NCBI GenBank assembly: GCA_002269645.1
Contig: NIVC01004119.1
Span: forward strand, 1 to 59,567
Source: Macrostomum lignano
Lineage: Eukaryota
Length of the DNA stretch: 59,567 nucleotides
Reading direction: 5' to 3'
Position numbers and translations under genes: made by a program
Part shown: one piece after another, positions 55,781 through 59,567 of the stretch
Layout: each line of letters opens with the position of its first letter
Position numbering within the stretch: the stretch's first letter is position 1
Notes under the pieces: model-generated
What the model was told of the DNA's origin: nothing
Seen by the model: only the letters and a program-made list of their open reading frames with translations
Database searches by the model: none

Positions 55781-55841
55781 CACGTTGATCTTCGGCTTTG
55801 GTGGGGGCGTCATTGATGGAAACTGAGCACTTGCTAATCAT
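55311..55841 (-). CDS. Uncharacterised two-TM protein with poly-Gln N-terminus and Cys-rich juxtamembrane tail (176 aa from ATG 55841)
   Basis: GC-rich ORF with two hydrophobic helices (LGSVLLFVLGLSVFILASLLL; LTGSCAIMLVGAAFCALA) followed by a KRR stop-transfer and CCHWCLSWCRCCCCCC; no family recognised. Confidence 0.5.
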
Positions 55842-56324
55842 TTGAGGCCGAATTGGATTAACTCGATTTTTATAGTTAGTAAATTTCTGACTGAACTTCT
55901 TCAAAGACAGCTATAATTACTTGTAGTTCACGCGTTTTGGATCACCACGTTTCTTTTGCAGCCTCTACTCACGGCACTGGCAGCTTCCAGAAGCCCATTG
56001 CTCTGGCCAGCTCTGTATTAGGATGCAGCTAAGCTGAGACAAGCCTTCGCTGTTTTTGTCTGATATTGCCTTCTTCCAGCCTTCTTACGGGTCTATCCCC
56101 CGATTCTGATTGGCTGATCAGCCGATGTCTGCGTATGGCTGCATTTTTCTACAATAAGAGCCTAAAGACAAAAAATTCAAAGGCTCTTATAGAAAATTTC
56201 AGCTGAAAAACTGAGCTGACCAAACAGAGTAAGAAATCAACCAACAAAACATGAAATCTTTTCACCGATTTGAATGCATCTCGTCAGAAAAAGATGAGGA
56301 TTTCATTTTGTTTCCGTTTCTTTT

Positions 56325-56430
56325 TTCTCCTCTCCTCTCTCATCTCCCATCTCTCCTCTCTCCCCTCCTCTCTCCTCTCTCTCTTCCTCTCTTCCTCTCT
56401 TCCTCTCACCTCTCCTCTCTTCTCTCTTCT
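56325..56430. repeat. CT-rich low-complexity tract
   Basis: Direct reading. Confidence 0.85.
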
Positions 56431-56439
56431 TATCTCACC

Positions 56440-56496
56440 TGGCCCGCAGTCATGCGCTATCTGACTATTAAGTCAAAAAAAGTTTGCCAACCCCTG
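56440..56496 (+). mobile_element. Right end of an hAT (Charlie-type) MITE
   Basis: TGGCCCGC...AAAAAAAGTTTGCCAACCCCTG, followed by the hAT-like target ttttagag. Confidence 0.55.
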
Positions 56497-57069
56497 TTTT
56501 AGAGCGAGGTAACTGCATAATTAAATTAAAGTCCAACTGAATTTAAAACCAACTTTATAATGTTGGAATGCACGCGATTTAAAGGTTGGAATTTAAGCTT
56601 CGTTAGTCCCATTGGTTATGTTTACTCTTTATTTCTAAGAGGGTTCGTACAGGCGCCGTAAATCTGTCGGGGTGTGGAACGGCAAAATTGAAATGGCATG
56701 CTTTCCACAGTGAACTGGTTCGCAACGGAAATTCAAGGTGCTGCTGCACGTTTGCACATTTACAATCGTGCGCATTTCCAAGAAAATTTCTAGGAATCTG
56801 CGACGCCTGAACTTCGATAGCCATAGGCTAAGATCTTTATCGGCAGATTTCACTATCTGCCTGGCTAACTAGTTGGCAACATACCTGATAAGTTCAAGCA
56901 TAGTTTCATGCAGTTTATAAGCTTGATCGCACCGAGGCTTCGGGCCGAGAGCAATCTCAAGAACTTATAAAGAAAGAAAGATTCGCCCAAATACCAAATT
57001 TCAGCTTAAAAGAAAGCTATTAAATTTTATCATTTATTTAACTGACAACGGAAGCAGTGAAAGAAAAGC

Positions 57070-58414
57070 ATGGCATCCTATCTGTGCTCATCTGCTTCCG
57101 TGCTGCTACCTTTGCTGCTGATTATATTCATAGGCAGCACTGCGGCTGCTTCAACTGGACGGAAGATTTCCTGGCGCCAAGCCAAAGGCCGGGTCAATTG
57201 CACAACTGATCGTGAGTCTTAATGTATAGCTAGGTGCTCTATCGAAATGCTATATACTAAAATAGAAAATTATTTAATTGGGTCCTTTAAAGAACCTGGA
57301 CAAAGCAGAAGCACAGAATTTCATGAAACCAAAAGCTTCCACTATAAAAATATCGCCTGTTAACTTCGGTGAAATTATGACATAAACGTTTCCATCTATT
57401 CTATTAGAGATGAGTGAATATGAATTTATTCAGTATTCATACATATTCACTCAACATTCCACAACGTAAAAGTCAAGACACCTAAAACACAAGCTATATT
57501 TAAAATCACTACATGCAGCTAACTATAAAAGGGACGCCAACTAAAGCGCCGGAACCGAAGTAAACTCTGGACTGAACCAAGCCGACCCAAATCTATTACT
57601 TCTCTGACCAGTCAACTAAAAACACTGAGAAACTACACCCCATCCGGGTGCTCTCTTTGTGCTTCCAAGTATTTACTCAGGAAGCTACTTAAGTTCTAAG
57701 TATAGACTCGTTCACACCGCCATCAAAATAAAGTCAATTTTAGCGAGATCACACGGATAATTCCACTTTTCGACGCTTTGTAGCTCGGGACATCACTGGA
57801 TTTAGTGATTTGTTCGATGTTGTGAATTAGTTTCACCAAACAATAACCTTGTCCAACCAAGCATATTGACTCATGGAACTCTACTCATTGACAGAATGAA
57901 CTCAGTAAAACAAAAATCATTATCTTATCGCCTCAAAAATTCAGCCAAGTATCTGTGCGGCCGAGTCAAATCGGTGCACGACGGCGACTCGTTGCGCATC
58001 ATCCCGGAGACGAACGACGACGGCGACAGGGCGTCAGTTCGTGTCCGCCTGATGCAGATCGACGCGCCGGAGTTGAGCCAAGCTCACGGACGAGATTCTC
58101 GCAAAGCACTGGCCAGCAGGCTGCCGCGCGGTACCCGAGTCTGCGTGATCTCACCTGGTCGGGATTACTATCATCGAATACTTGGATTTGTCTGTCTAGC
58201 TAAAGACGACATCGCCTACCGGATGCTGGCCGAAGGACACGCCTGGTGCTACCACAACACCTGCAACTTGCGGTACAAAGCAGCCACCAGCGCTGCCAGG
58301 GTCGCAGGGCTCGGTCTGTGGACGCCCGGACAGACGCCAATGGCTCCGTGGGCTTATCGTCGGTTTCAGCGGAGACGCGCCAGAAAGCACCGACAGCAAG
58401 GAAAGAAAGAATGA
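57070..58414 (+). CDS. Single-domain staphylococcal nuclease (thermonuclease) homologue with a predicted signal peptide (203 aa spliced)
   Basis: Exon 57070-57211 (MASYLCSSASVLLPLLLIIFIGSTAAA..., gtgagt donor, phase 1) joins in frame to acceptor ttcag|57945. The SNase motifs VHDGDS, RVRLMQIDAPE, RDYYHRIL, MLAEGHAW, AR...GLW and PWAYRR are all present. AATAAA lies at 58485-58490. The domain call is firm; the exon join is inferred. Confidence 0.88.
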
Positions 58415-58974
58415 GGGGCAAGAGCTGGAATGCAACTGTAGCTTTTGGGATGATGCCTTTGATTTACAGCTTCAATAATACAACAATAAAAACAATAAGG
58501 GTGATAGGAGCAATCGTGTGTCCTAATGAATTTCCATTTACCAACACGTAATATGATATATGATTATTACACACCAAATCATGTTACGCTGAAGCAGTGT
58601 CTGACACTATTTTTTCGTGCATCGTAGTGAGTCCAGTGTCCAGCAGTAAACAAACCAGCTCAATACGCTAAAAATAAAGAACTTCTAAAATTTAAAGCGC
58701 CCTATAATGTGTCTGTCTACTAAATAATGAGTTACTAAGTAGTATGTTACGCTAATGTAGACAGATAAATTACGATCGAATTTCCGTTTTTCAACGCAAT
58801 AGCATTCAAATAGCCTGACTTATTAATGATAGTATCAAACGATACTTTCTCCTTTTTTCGTTATTTTGAAAGAACGATAGGGTACTCGACGGTACGCTCG
58901 TATGAGTAAATTAAAAGGGCAGTGGCAGTACTACTAGCGTAGGGAATATGGATCGTTTCTTCTATCATTACCTC

Positions 58975-59250
58975 TCTCTCTCTCAAGGTGCCATACATGT
59001 ATCGACGGAGGACGTTGGCGATGGCGACCACAGTCTTCCACAAAGCACGGTCCATTGAGGCGTGGAGTATTTCCAGTCTTGTTCATGTCATCCATTGAGA
59101 CAGGTTCTTCAGAAATATTTTTCGTTGCCCTGCCTCCATGGTCTCTTTTTCCTTCAATCTGCCCAGTCACTGACAGGCGTGACAGCTGCTCGATTCCTGT
59201 ACCTTCTTCATTAATAAGGCCAAAGGACTCCAACCTGCCGTCTCCTAATT
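58975..59250 (-). mobile_element. RTE-like LINE extreme 3' fragment
   Basis: GQIEGKR... and DRALWKTVVAIANVLRR..GT resemble the RTE C-terminus; followed by a (GA)n tail. Confidence 0.6.
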
Positions 59251-59567
59251 TTCGCCATCAACTTCCTTCTGCAATCAACAGGGGGAAAACCTCCAGAGGG
59301 AAAACTCGCTGCGGGGAGAATATCGCTGCGGGAAAAGCACGCGAGGCGGCAACCTCGGCGGGAAAACTTCCTGCGGGAAATTCTCATTAGACCCACTGTA
59401 TGCATCAGCCCCAGCCTCTAGCTCTTGCCCCAATTAGCTGATAGATGACGGCTGGGGTGCATTATACGAGTATAATAATTGGAATAATTAAAGACAGAGC
59501 GTAGCATTTATATTTTTCTGGTTTAAGATAGCGCCTGTATGCACCCACTTCTTGCTATGGCCTGTTT

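Noticed and set aside
57519-57559. Possible middle exon of the nuclease gene (cag|...|gtaaac)
   Set aside because: In the phase required by exon 1 it contains an in-frame TAA.

Overview
Repeat-rich metazoan (invertebrate) genomic DNA. GC-rich, poly-Gln/Ala exons set among many micro- and minisatellites suggest a free-living flatworm such as Macrostomum, but that is inference only. Genes reconstructed from splice signals, in order: an apolipophorin/apoB-type large lipid transfer protein (minus strand, runs off the window start, five frame breaks), tRNA-Ala(AGC), a TMEM143/DUF3754 gene whose four introns are filled with unrelated minisatellites, NOS1AP/CAPON, a compact ZO-1/polychaetoid-like MAGUK, goosecoid with a GC-AG intron inside the homeobox, an orphan two-TM Cys-rich ORF, and a single-domain staphylococcal-nuclease (thermonuclease) gene. 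Mobile DNA: a decayed Ty3/gypsy (Mag-like) element with a 5-bp TSD, a collapsed 5' LTR and a foldback MITE nested in its 3' LTR; three RTE-like LINE 3' fragments; four copies of a SINE-like repeat; two hAT-type half ends. The most interesting signal is the bacterial-looking thermonuclease with intact catalytic residues, apparently joined through a spliceosomal intron to a signal-peptide exon. It is a candidate domesticated, horizontally acquired secreted nuclease.
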